Source: Oscillospiraceae bacterium
Lineage (GTDB): Bacteria > Bacillota > Clostridia > Oscillospirales > Oscillospiraceae
Length of the DNA stretch: 64,000 nucleotides
Direction: 5' to 3'
Assembly: GCA_016296635.1 (NCBI GenBank)
Contig: JAEDIZ010000001.1
Span: 6,002 to 70,001, forward strand
The notes beneath the pieces are model-generated. The model saw only the letters and a program-made list of their open reading frames with translations, did not search any database and was not told where the DNA came from. This document shows, one piece after another, positions 7,954 through 16,598 of this stretch (the first letter of the stretch is position 1; every line of letters begins with the position of its first letter). Made by a program: the position numbers and the translations under genes.

Positions 7954-9822
7954 ATGAATTTTGCAGCCGGAAGTTATGATGTCGCCGTCATCGGCGCAGG
8001 CCATGCAGGCATCGAAGCCGCGCTTGCCAGCGCGCGCATGGGCTTAAAGACGGTTGTTTTTACCATCAATCTGGACGCGGTGGGCAATATGCCCTGCAAC
8101 CCCGCCATCGGCGGCACGGGCAAGGGTCATCTTGTCCGCGAACTGGACGCGCTGGGCGGCGAAATGGCGAAGGCCGCGGACGCCTGCTGCATCCAGTACC
8201 GGATGCTGAACCTGGGCAAAGGCCCGGCGGTGCATTCGCTTCGCGCGCAGGCCGACCGCAGAAAATATCAGGAGCACATGAAAAACCTTCTGGAGCGCGA
8301 GCCGAATCTCGATCTCAAGCAGGCCATGATCGTTTCTATCGGTCTGACGGACGGCAAAGTCAGCTCCGTCACCACGCGCCTCGGCGCGGTTTATGAAGTC
8401 AAAGCGGCGGTCATCGCCTCCGGCACCTATCTCGATGCCCGGGTCATCACCGGCGAATGCGCCTACTCCTCCGGCCCGGACGGTATGCAGGCGGGCATCG
8501 GTCTGACCCAATGTCTGCAGGAAATGGGGCTGCGCCTGCGCCGCTTCAAGACCGGCACGCCCCCGCGCATCAACGCGCGCAGCGTGGACTTTTCCAAAAT
8601 GGAAGTCCAGCCCGGTGACGAGCGGACGGAGGGCTTCTCCCTTTCCACGAAAACGCCGCCGGAAAACAAGGCGGTCTGCTATCTGACCTATACCAACGAG
8701 GAAACCCACCGCATCATCCGGGACAATTTCTCCCGCAGTCCCCTTTTTAACGGCATGATCGAATCCGTCGGTCCGCGCTACTGCCCCTCCATCGAAACGA
8801 AAATCGACCGTTTCCCGGATAAGCCGCGCCATCAGCTCTTCATTGAGCCCTGCGGCCTGAGAACGGATGAGCTTTACATTCAGGGCCTTTCCTCCTCACT
8901 GCCTGAGGACGTGCAGCTGGATATGATGCACACCATCGCGGGTCTTGAGCATGCGGAGATGATGCGCCCGGCCTACGCCATCGAGTATGACTGCATCGAC
9001 CCGACGGAGCTTCTGCCCACGCTGGAAACCAAAAAGGTGCCCGGCCTTTACGGCGCGGGCCAGTTCAACGGTTCTTCCGGCTATGAAGAGGCAGCCGTGC
9101 AGGGATTCGTGGCAGGCGTCAACGCGGCGCTCAAGATCAAGGGCGAAGAGCCGATGGTGCTCAAACGCTCCGACGGCTATATCGGCACCCTTGTCGATGA
9201 CCTTGTGACCAAGGGCACCAACGAGCCCTACCGCATCATGACCTCGCGCTCGGAATACCGGCTTCTGCACCGGCAGGATAATGCCGACCTGCGTCTTTCT
9301 CCCATCGGCCACCGCATCGGCCTTGTTTCGGACGAAACCTTCGCCGCCGTGCAGGAAAAATACCGGCAGGTGGACGCGGAGATCGCAAGACTGGAAGGCT
9401 GCGGCGTACCGGGAAGCGAGGCGCTGAACCGGATGCTGGAGGAAAAAGGCTCCACGCCGGTCACAGTTTCTTCGCGTATGGCAGATCTTCTGCGCCGTCC
9501 GCAGATCACCTACGCGGATCTCGCGCCCTTCGATAAGACAAGACCGGCGCTGCCGGAATCCGTCTGCGAGGCGGTGGAGATTCAGATCAAGTATGCAGGC
9601 TATATCGCCCGGCAGGAAAAGCAGGTGGAGGAGTTCCGCAAGGAAGAGTCCCGTCTGCTGCCGGCGGATATCGATTATTTGTCCATTTCCGGCCTTCGCG
9701 TGGAGGCAAGACAGAAGCTGACGGAGATTCGACCCCTTTCCGTGGGGCAGGCCAGCCGCATTTCCGGCGTCAGCCCGGCGGATATTGCGGTGCTTCTCAT
9801 CTGGCTCGGTCAGAAGGAGTAA
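7954..9822 (+). CDS. mnmG: tRNA uridine-5-carboxymethylaminomethyl modification enzyme MnmG/GidA
   Basis: [48 protein letters not shown]. Confidence 0.97.
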   Translation: MNFAAGSYDVAVIGAGHAGIEAALASARMGLKTVVFTINLDAVGNMPCNPAIGGTGKGHLVRELDALGGEMAKAADACCIQYRMLNLGKGPAVHSLRAQADRRKYQEHMKNLLEREPNLDLKQAMIVSIGLTDGKVSSVTTRLGAVYEVKAAVIASGTYLDARVITGECAYSSGPDGMQAGIGLTQCLQEMGLRLRRFKTGTPPRINARSVDFSKMEVQPGDERTEGFSLSTKTPPENKAVCYLTYTNEETHRIIRDNFSRSPLFNGMIESVGPRYCPSIETKIDRFPDKPRHQLFIEPCGLRTDELYIQGLSSSLPEDVQLDMMHTIAGLEHAEMMRPAYAIEYDCIDPTELLPTLETKKVPGLYGAGQFNGSSGYEEAAVQGFVAGVNAALKIKGEEPMVLKRSDGYIGTLVDDLVTKGTNEPYRIMTSRSEYRLLHRQDNADLRLSPIGHRIGLVSDETFAAVQEKYRQVDAEIARLEGCGVPGSEALNRMLEEKGSTPVTVSSRMADLLRRPQITYADLAPFDKTRPALPESVCEAVEIQIKYAGYIARQEKQVEEFRKEESRLLPADIDYLSISGLRVEARQKLTEIRPLSVGQASRISGVSPADIAVLLIWLGQKE

Positions 9823-9844
9823 AACGTATTCTCTCGCCGCAATC

Positions 9845-10080
9845 GTAGGGAACGCCGCTTGCCCGCGTCGCGGCATTGCGATTCCCGGCGCTTCATGCGC
9901 CGCCAATCGCGCCGCTTCCTTGAAAACGCCTCGCTTCATCTGCCGCTGGCAGCGCTTCGGCGTTTTCCCCGACAGCCCGCTCGTAGGGCGAGGGCTTGCC
10001 CTCGCCGCTCGATATTCCATACGCAGAACCGGCAAACGGTGTCATTGCGAAACCAGTCCGCAGACTGGTTGTGGCAATCC
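9845..10080. repeat. REP-like cluster 4 containing a full composite module (9983-10080)
   Basis: GTAGGGCGAGGGCTTGCCCTCGCC + GATATTCCATACGCAGAACCG + GTCATTGCG...GTGGCAATCC. Confidence 0.8.
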
Positions 10081-10134
10081 GCAATCTCTTGGCAGGCAAA
10101 ACATTGCACAAACACAAAAAGAGGAGACCATCCC

Positions 10135-10899
10135 ATGTTCTTTGATTCTCACACCCACTTGAACGATCCCTGCTTCGATGAAGACCGCGAAGCAGTCATT
10201 GAAAAGATTAAAGCCGCGCAGGTCAGCGGCATGCTGAATATCGGCTGCTGCCATGCGTCCTCGGTGGATTGCATCGCCATGGCGGAAACGTACGACTGGG
10301 TTTGGGCGGCCATCGGCACGCACCCCGATACGGCGGACGAGGTGGACGAAGCGCTGATCGAAGTCTACCGCGGTCTGTGCAGTCATCCGCGCGTGAAGGC
10401 CATCGGCGAGATCGGACTGGACTACCACTATGAAACGATTCCGCGCGAGATTCAGAAGCGCGCTTTCCGCCTGCAGATGGAGCTGGCAAAGGAGCTGAAT
10501 ATGCCCGTTGTCATCCATGAGCGCGAAGCGCACGGCGATGCCATGGAGATCCTCTATGATTTCCCCACCGTTACCGGTGTGTTCCATTGCTATTCCGGTT
10601 CGCTGGAAATGGCGAAGGAACTGGTTCGCCGGGGCTGGAGCATCGGCTTTACCGGCGTTGTGACCTTTAAGAATGCAAGAAAAGCCGTGGAAGTAGCCAG
10701 CTGGGTGCCGCTGGATCGGATGCTGATCGAAACCGACTGCCCCTTTATGGCACCGGAGCCCCACCGCGGAAAGCGGAACGATCCGAGTTATGTGCCGTTG
10801 GTGGCGCAGAGGATCGCGGAGCTGCGCGGCCTTACTGCCGAGCAGGTCGCGGCGGCAACCACGCAGAATGCGCATGCGCTGTTCCGGCTGGATGAATAA
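10135..10899 (+). CDS. tatD: TatD family hydrolase/DNase
   Basis: FDSHTHL, GTHP, IGEIGLDY, HC, IETDCP; GAGGAG RBS. Confidence 0.92.
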   Translation: MFFDSHTHLNDPCFDEDREAVIEKIKAAQVSGMLNIGCCHASSVDCIAMAETYDWVWAAIGTHPDTADEVDEALIEVYRGLCSHPRVKAIGEIGLDYHYETIPREIQKRAFRLQMELAKELNMPVVIHEREAHGDAMEILYDFPTVTGVFHCYSGSLEMAKELVRRGWSIGFTGVVTFKNARKAVEVASWVPLDRMLIETDCPFMAPEPHRGKRNDPSYVPLVAQRIAELRGLTAEQVAAATTQNAHALFRLDE

Positions 10900-10915
10900 C
10901 GAATAATGAACAATG

Positions 10916-10945
10916 AAAAAGGGAGCAGTTACCTGCTCCCTTTTT
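10916..10945. terminator. Bidirectional intrinsic terminator
   Basis: AAAAAGGGAGCAG-TTAC-CTGCTCCCTTTTT between convergent genes. Confidence 0.85.
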
Positions 10946-10975
10946 GTACTTATGTGGATGATAAACCGGCGAGTT

Positions 10976-11125
10976 TCAGCAGCCGCAGCCGCAGCCCGAG
11001 TCACAGCCGCAGCCGCACCCGTTGCCATTGCCGTTGCCGCCCCAGATCACAATGATAATGATGAGGATGATGATCCACCACCAGCTGTTGCCGAATGCGC
11101 AAATACCGGAAGAATTACAAGACAT
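10976..11125 (-). CDS. Small Gly/Cys-rich membrane peptide (49 aa), probably spore-associated
   Basis: MSCNSSGICAFGNSWWWIIILIIIIVIWGGNGNGNGCGCGCDSGCGCGC; AGGAGG RBS; SigK-like CATAACAT upstream. Confidence 0.75.
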   Translation of the reverse strand: MSCNSSGICAFGNSWWWIIILIIIIVIWGGNGNGNGCGCGCDSGCGCGC

Positions 11126-11199
11126 AATGAAACCTCCTGAAATATAACGTAGCGATGTTCGCCCGCTCATTCCATGTTATGCGCCCGGGTAAAAATGGT

Positions 11200-12000
11200 T
11201 CATGTGTCCTGATTCCAAAGCTCCTGCAGCGAGCCGAACCGGTATCCCATTTGCTCCCACTTCGTCAGCAGCTCATCGAGGATCTGTTCGTTCGTCTGCG
11301 AAGTTGAGTGCAGCAGCACGACGGTGCCGGGATGCAGACGCGGCAGCAGCTTGGAGAACGCCTGCTCCTTTGTCGGCTGCGCGTCCCGGTTCCAGTCCAC
11401 ATAAGCAAGGCTCCAGAAAACTGTCCGGTAGCCGAGCGCCTTTGCCATCTTCAGATTCTCCTCGCTGTAAATGCCCTGCGGCGGGCGATAGAGCTTTGGC
11501 ATATCCTGACCGGTGAGCGCCTTGTAGCGCTCCTCCACCTTTTGAAGCTCCTCGGAGAATTTGGCTTCCTCCGCAATTTTGGACATGTCGTAATGGTGCC
11601 AGGTGTGGTTTCCCACCAAATGTCCTTCCTCTGCCATCCGCTTTACCAGCTCCGGCGCCGTTTCCAGATAGTTTCCCACGATAAAAAAGCACGCCGGTGC
11701 GTTGTGCTTTTGCAGCGTATCCAAAATCGATGCCGTATAGCCCGCCTCATAGCCTGCATCAAAGGTCAGATACAGCACCTTTTCTTCCGTGTCCGCCCGG
11801 TAGACGGCGTCATATTCCTGCAGCGCCTGCGCAGAGGCATTGCCTACAGGCGGCTGTCCTTCCTCCCGGAAGCTGAGCCCCCAGCTGCCCGCTTCAATCA
11901 CCTCCGCCGTGCCCGTCAGAAACGGCAGCGCCGCGCAGAAGGACAGAATTGCCGCCACAGACAGCAGCAGTCTTATGTTTTCTTTCAAAAACCGTTTCAT
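11200..12000 (-). CDS. pdaA: Polysaccharide deacetylase, PdaA-like (muramic delta-lactam synthesis)
   Basis: YLTFDAGYE, GNHTWHH, RPPQG, FWSLAYVDW, LLHSTS; N-terminal signal/TM. Confidence 0.85.
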   Translation of the reverse strand: MKRFLKENIRLLLSVAAILSFCAALPFLTGTAEVIEAGSWGLSFREEGQPPVGNASAQALQEYDAVYRADTEEKVLYLTFDAGYEAGYTASILDTLQKHNAPACFFIVGNYLETAPELVKRMAEEGHLVGNHTWHHYDMSKIAEEAKFSEELQKVEERYKALTGQDMPKLYRPPQGIYSEENLKMAKALGYRTVFWSLAYVDWNRDAQPTKEQAFSKLLPRLHPGTVVLLHSTSQTNEQILDELLTKWEQMGYRFGSLQELWNQDT

Positions 12001-12058
12001 AAACAAGCACCCCCGAACCATCTTATGTGACGGCCCGGGGATACATGATACCTGATAT

Positions 12059-12190
12059 TCAGTTTTCTTTTGAGCAGGCGCCGCAGCAGCGGCTGCAGTC
12101 GCCCCCGCAGGAGCATTTATGCTTTTTTGCGCTTCTGACGGCCAAAACGACCCAAACCGTCAGCAGACCGATCACGATTACCGTTGCCAC
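12059..12190 (-). CDS. FeoB-associated Cys-rich membrane protein (43 aa)
   Basis: Below ORF-track cutoff; GTG start after GAGGTGA; VATVIVIGLLTVWVVLAVRSAKKHKCSCGGDCSRCCGACSKEN; directly after feoB. Confidence 0.8.
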   Translation of the reverse strand: MATVIVIGLLTVWVVLAVRSAKKHKCSCGGDCSRCCGACSKEN

Positions 12191-12203
12191 AGTGTATCAC
12201 CTC

Positions 12204-14186
12204 TCAAAGAAGATTTGCAATTCCGAATACGATAAATGCCGCAAGGTACGCCACGCAGCATTGGCTGAGGGCGATGATGCCTGCCCGCAGACCGGAGCCG
12301 ACCTCCCGCTTGATGGCTGCGATGGCCGCCACGCAGGGGGTATACAGCAGCGTAAACACCAGGAAGCTGACCACAGAGGTCGAGGTAAACAGCGATGTGA
12401 TGCCGCTGCCCGCCAGCAGGATTTCCAGCGTGGAAACCACGGATTCCTTGGCAATGAAGCCGGAGATCAGCGCGGTCGTGCAGCGCCAGTCCGCAAAGCC
12501 GAGGGGTCTGAATACCGGCGCGATCAGCTGACCGATGGCGGCCAGAATGCTGGCAGAGGAATCTGCCACCACGTTGAGCTTCATATCAAAGCTCTGCAGG
12601 AACCAGATGATGATGGTTGCCAGGAAAATGACGGAGAACGCTCTTTGCAGGAAGTCCTTTGCCTTATCCCAGAGCAGGAGCATGACGCTCTTGAAGCTGG
12701 GCAGACGGTAATTGGGAAGCTCCATCACGAAGGGCACGGGTCTTCCGCGGAAGGCGCCCTTGAGAACCAGTGCTGCCACGATGCCCACCAGAATGCCCGT
12801 AATATACATTGCGATCATCACCAGCGCTGCATGGTGCGGGAAAAAGGCCGCGGAGAAAAAGGCGTAGATGGGAATCTTTGCTGAGCAGCTCATGAAGGGC
12901 GTCAGCAGAATCGTCATGGTTCTGTCGCGCTCGCTGGGCAGGGTTCTCGTGGCCATGACCGCCGGAACCGTGCAGCCGAAGCCGATGAGCATCGGCACGA
13001 TGGACTTGCCGGAAAGGCCGATGCGCCGCAGCAGCTTATCCATCACAAAGGCAACTCTTGCCATGTAGCCGGTATCTTCCAAAACGGAGAGGAAGAAGAA
13101 CAGCGTCACAATGATGGGGAGGAACGAAAGCACCGAGCCGACACCTTCAAAGATGCCGTTTATCAGCAGACTGTGTACCACGGGGTTGAGACCGTAGGCC
13201 GTCAGCGCTTTGTCCACAACGCCCGTCAGCGCATCGATGCCCATGGCGAGCCAGTCACTCAGGATCCTGCCGATGACATTGAAGGTCAGCCAGAAGATCA
13301 GCAGCATCACACCCACAAAAATGGGGATCGCCGTGTATTTGCCCGTCAGAATCTTATCCGCGTTGACGCTCAAGCGATGCTCACGGCTTTCCGACGGCTT
13401 GATGACCGATTCCTTTACCAGCGCTTCAATGAAGCTGTAGCGCATATCTGCCAGTGCCGCGTTGCGGTCAAGGCCGCGTTCCTGCTCCATCTGCAAAACG
13501 CTGTGCTCCACCAGTTCCAGCTCGTTCTGATCGAGCTGCAGCTGCTCGGCGATGCCTGCATCGCCTTCAATGAGCCAGGTCGCTGCAAAGCGGGTGGAGA
13601 TGCTCGCTCTTTGCGCATGGTCTTCAATCACATGGCATACCGCATGGATGCAGCGGTGTACGGGGCCGGCCGGGCAGAAGTCATGAACCTGCGGCAGAGT
13701 CTTCGTCTTTGCAACGCGCACGATCTCATTTACCAGATCTTCTATGCCGTCGCCGGTCATGGCGCAGATCGGCACCACCGGCACGCCCAGCTTTTTGGAC
13801 ATTTCTTTGATATCCACCGAGCCGCCGTTGCCGGTCAGCTCATCCATCATGTTGAGCGCAATGACCAACGGCACGCGCAGCGTCAGCATCTGCAGCGTCA
13901 GATAAAGGTTGCGCTCGAGATTCGTGGCGTCCACGATGTTGATGATGGCATCCGGTTTTGTATTTAGAATAAAGTCCCGGGTCACGATTTCTTCTGCGGT
14001 GTAGGGCCGCAGGGAATAGATGCCCGGCAGATCCACCACGGTGCAGTCCTTCTGATTGCGGATCACACCGGATTTCTGATCGACCGTCACGCCGGGGAAG
14101 TTGCCGACATGCTGATTGGAGCCGGTCAGCTGATTAAAAAGCGTTGTCTTGCCGCAGTTCTGATTGCCGGCCAGCGCAAAGATCAT
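12204..14186 (-). CDS. feoB: Ferrous iron transport protein B
   Basis: GNQNCGKTT, VGNFPGVT, DLPG, NMMD G-motifs; GFGCTVPA, PFMSCSAK, PFVMELP. Confidence 0.97.
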   Translation of the reverse strand: MIFALAGNQNCGKTTLFNQLTGSNQHVGNFPGVTVDQKSGVIRNQKDCTVVDLPGIYSLRPYTAEEIVTRDFILNTKPDAIINIVDATNLERNLYLTLQMLTLRVPLVIALNMMDELTGNGGSVDIKEMSKKLGVPVVPICAMTGDGIEDLVNEIVRVAKTKTLPQVHDFCPAGPVHRCIHAVCHVIEDHAQRASISTRFAATWLIEGDAGIAEQLQLDQNELELVEHSVLQMEQERGLDRNAALADMRYSFIEALVKESVIKPSESREHRLSVNADKILTGKYTAIPIFVGVMLLIFWLTFNVIGRILSDWLAMGIDALTGVVDKALTAYGLNPVVHSLLINGIFEGVGSVLSFLPIIVTLFFFLSVLEDTGYMARVAFVMDKLLRRIGLSGKSIVPMLIGFGCTVPAVMATRTLPSERDRTMTILLTPFMSCSAKIPIYAFFSAAFFPHHAALVMIAMYITGILVGIVAALVLKGAFRGRPVPFVMELPNYRLPSFKSVMLLLWDKAKDFLQRAFSVIFLATIIIWFLQSFDMKLNVVADSSASILAAIGQLIAPVFRPLGFADWRCTTALISGFIAKESVVSTLEILLAGSGITSLFTSTSVVSFLVFTLLYTPCVAAIAAIKREVGSGLRAGIIALSQCCVAYLAAFIVFGIANLL

Positions 14187-14413
14187 ACCGGCACCTCCTC
14201 GATCTCGATGCTGTGAGCATCCTCCTTGCGCAGGGTCAGCACGTAGCCCCGCAGCGAAAGCTCCATGGGATCGCCCATGGGTGCGACCTTCGTCACCTTT
14301 ACCGTTGTCTGCGGAATCAGTCCCATATCCAGCAGCCTGCAGCGCAGGATGCCCTCGCCGCCTACCTTCAGAATCGACCCCGTGGAACCGACCGGAAGTT
14401 CATCCAATGTCAT
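14183..14413 (-). CDS. feoA: Ferrous iron transport protein A
   Basis: RLLDMGL, APMGDP, LRGYVLTLR; overlaps feoB start. Confidence 0.92.
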   Translation of the reverse strand: MTLDELPVGSTGSILKVGGEGILRCRLLDMGLIPQTTVKVTKVAPMGDPMELSLRGYVLTLRKEDAHSIEIEEVPV

Positions 14414-14450
14414 CGCTCCGACTTCCTTTCCAGCTTTGTTTCTTTCTGCG

Positions 14451-14543
14451 GTTAGCATACACTAACTTCCGTTCCTTTTCAAGTATCATTTCCTACAAAA
14501 TCTGCCCAAATTTTCTGCGCTTTTTTTGTTAGCATAAGCTAAC
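14451..14543. promoter_or_regulatory. Two DtxR/IdeR-family-like palindromic operators upstream of feoAB
   Basis: GTTAGCATACACTAAC 14451-14466 and GTTAGCATAAGCTAAC 14528-14543 (GTTAG-N6-CTAAC). Confidence 0.7.
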
Positions 14544-14639
14544 CTCAGACGCGCCAAAGCGTTGTTTGGACGGATATTTACAATTTCGTCATCCATTTCG
14601 TTCTTGCTGATGGTAAACTGAAGAAAAGGAGGCTGACAT

Positions 14640-15065
14640 ATGAACATCCTGTTTTTTCTGACGCCGAAGGCTCTGTGCAGCTTTCTGCATCATGACGATT
14701 CGATCCGGCAGGCCATGGAGCGTTTTGAGGCCTCCGGCTATTCCGCGCTGCCCGTTCTCGATGAAAACGGTGGTTACTGCGGAACGCTGACCGAAGGAGA
14801 CCTGCTTTTGGCACTGCGGTATCTCTGTGTTATGGATATGCGGCAGGCAGAGCTTCATTCCATCAGCGAAATTACGCCCCGCCGCGCGGTGCAGTCCGTG
14901 GGCGCGGATACGCGGGCGGAGGATCTTCTGCAGCTGGCGCTGGAGCAGAATTTTGTTCCGGTGGTGGATGACAAGCAGGATTTTATCGGCATCGTGACCC
15001 GCAGCCGCATTCTTGCCTATTTTCTGCAGCAGCCTTCTGACGGTGCGCACGGAAGCGCACGCTGA
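14640..15065 (+). CDS. CBS-domain protein (YkuL/DarB-like)
   Basis: MNILFFLTPK, YSALPVLD, GTLTEGDLL, NFVPVVDD, GIVTRS. Confidence 0.85.
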   Translation: MNILFFLTPKALCSFLHHDDSIRQAMERFEASGYSALPVLDENGGYCGTLTEGDLLLALRYLCVMDMRQAELHSISEITPRRAVQSVGADTRAEDLLQLALEQNFVPVVDDKQDFIGIVTRSRILAYFLQQPSDGAHGSAR

Positions 15066-15081
15066 AAAAATTGAAAACCAT

Positions 15082-15110
15082 GTTTAACCTCCGTGGGTTT
15101 TGGCTATGCT
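15082..15110 (+). promoter_or_regulatory. SigF-like promoter
   Basis: GTTTA-N15-GGCTATGCT, close to the SigF consensus, 20 bp before the M23 gene. Confidence 0.6.
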
Positions 15111-15129
15111 TGCTCATGGAGGTGCTTTT

Positions 15130-15867
15130 ATGCAAAACAATGAACATTCGAACGCGCATCCGGTTCGGAAATTCTTTCAGGAAAAGGGCTACTACATAGT
15201 CCTGTTCCTGTGCATCTGTGCAGTAGGAATCTCGGGCTATCTGTTTGTGTCCAATGCGATTACCGAAAAGAATTCCGCAGCCGAGCAGACGCTTTCCGTC
15301 GCTACCAGCGCCACCGTGCCCTCCGGCACCGTGACCGGCAGCACGCCGCGTCCTGCAAAGACCGATTCCGTGAACCCCGAAACCCCGCAACAGACGGTCA
15401 AAGAAGAGCCGCCCGTTTCTGCATCCGCCGATGCAGATGCGAAAATCCAGGCAGCTGCAGCGCAGGTCCGTGTCTGGCCGCTTTCCGGCGAGAAAATGAA
15501 CGGATACAGCGCAGACCATCTGAGCTACAACGCTACCACCCAGGACTGGCGTACCCATGAGGGCGTGGATCTGGCCTGCGTGAACGGCGCTCCGGTGCGC
15601 GCTGCCTGCGCAGGGACCGTCACCGCCGTTTATGACGATGACTACTTCGGTTCCACCGTTGTCATTTCCCACGCGGACGGCTACACCACGCAGTATTCCA
15701 ATCTCGCCGCCATGCCCACGGTTTCCGCAGGCAGCGTTGTGGAAGCCGGCGACATCATCGGCTCCGTCGGCTCCACGGCCATGCTGGAAATCGCAGACGA
15801 ACCGCATCTGCATTTCGCCGTCAGCTGCAACGGAGAATCCATCGATCCCGATCACTTTATCGACTGA
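15130..15867 (+). CDS. M23 (LytM) peptidase-domain membrane protein, SpoIIQ-like
   Basis: N-terminal TM, low-complexity linker, HEGVD and HLHF motifs; SigF-like promoter; terminator 15868-15896. Confidence 0.8.
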   Translation: MQNNEHSNAHPVRKFFQEKGYYIVLFLCICAVGISGYLFVSNAITEKNSAAEQTLSVATSATVPSGTVTGSTPRPAKTDSVNPETPQQTVKEEPPVSASADADAKIQAAAAQVRVWPLSGEKMNGYSADHLSYNATTQDWRTHEGVDLACVNGAPVRAACAGTVTAVYDDDYFGSTVVISHADGYTTQYSNLAAMPTVSAGSVVEAGDIIGSVGSTAMLEIADEPHLHFAVSCNGESIDPDHFID

Positions 15868-15989
15868 AAAAGAGGGTGCAGACGCACCCTCTTTTTCTGC
15901 CATTCTTGGTTCTCCGCACTGCCGCCTCTACGGATCCCTTGCTTCTTTTTTTCGGATGTGCTATCCTTTTCCCAAAGGATGTGAGACGG

Positions 15990-16553
15990 ATGCAGACACT
16001 TCGGCAGCAAATTGAACATTACGAGCCTTTCAACGAGCAGGAGGAAAGCGACAGACGCCTGATCCTGCAGTACATGGACACCTTTCCCGATCTTCTGACC
16101 CGGGAAAATGAAATGGCGCACTTCACCGCCTCCTGCTGGATCGCCAATCACGATCAGACGAAGGTGCTGATGGCCTATCACAATCTCTACAGGTCCTGGG
16201 CGTGGCTCGGCGGTCATGCTGACGGCGAAGAGGATCTGCTGCAGGTTGCTCTGCGCGAGGCAAATGAGGAATCCGGCATTACAGGCATAAGGCCGCAGAC
16301 CAAGGATATTTTTTCTCTGGAGATCCTCGGCGTGGATGCCCACCGCAAACGCGGCAGACATGTGTCCTCCCACCTGCATCTGAACGTGACCTACTTTTTC
16401 TATGCCGACGATACGCTTCCTCTCCGCGTCAAGCCCGATGAAAACAGCGCCGTGCGCTGGATCGAAACGGGTCATGTGATGGATGAGGTCTCCGAGCCGG
16501 AGATGCGCGTGGTCTATCAGAAGCTTATGGAAAAAATGTGGCTGCTGTATTGA
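15990..16553 (+). CDS. NUDIX hydrolase
   Basis: HFTASCW, GGHADGE...ALREANEESG Nudix box. Confidence 0.88.
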   Translation: MQTLRQQIEHYEPFNEQEESDRRLILQYMDTFPDLLTRENEMAHFTASCWIANHDQTKVLMAYHNLYRSWAWLGGHADGEEDLLQVALREANEESGITGIRPQTKDIFSLEILGVDAHRKRGRHVSSHLHLNVTYFFYADDTLPLRVKPDENSAVRWIETGHVMDEVSEPEMRVVYQKLMEKMWLLY

Positions 16554-16560
16554 ATAGCAG

Positions 16561-16590
16561 AAAGACCGTGGACGATCGTCCGCGGTCTTT
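16561..16590. terminator. Bidirectional intrinsic terminator
   Basis: AAAGACCGTGGACG/CGTCCGCGGTCTTT inverted repeat between convergent genes. Confidence 0.75.
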
Positions 16591-16598
16591 GTTATTTC

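Noticed and set aside
9859..10134. N-terminal extension of TatD and small ORFs within the repeat clusters (e.g. 7489-7680, 44372-44716)
   Set aside because: They are translations of palindromic repeats without RBS; their mutual similarity reflects the DNA repeat.
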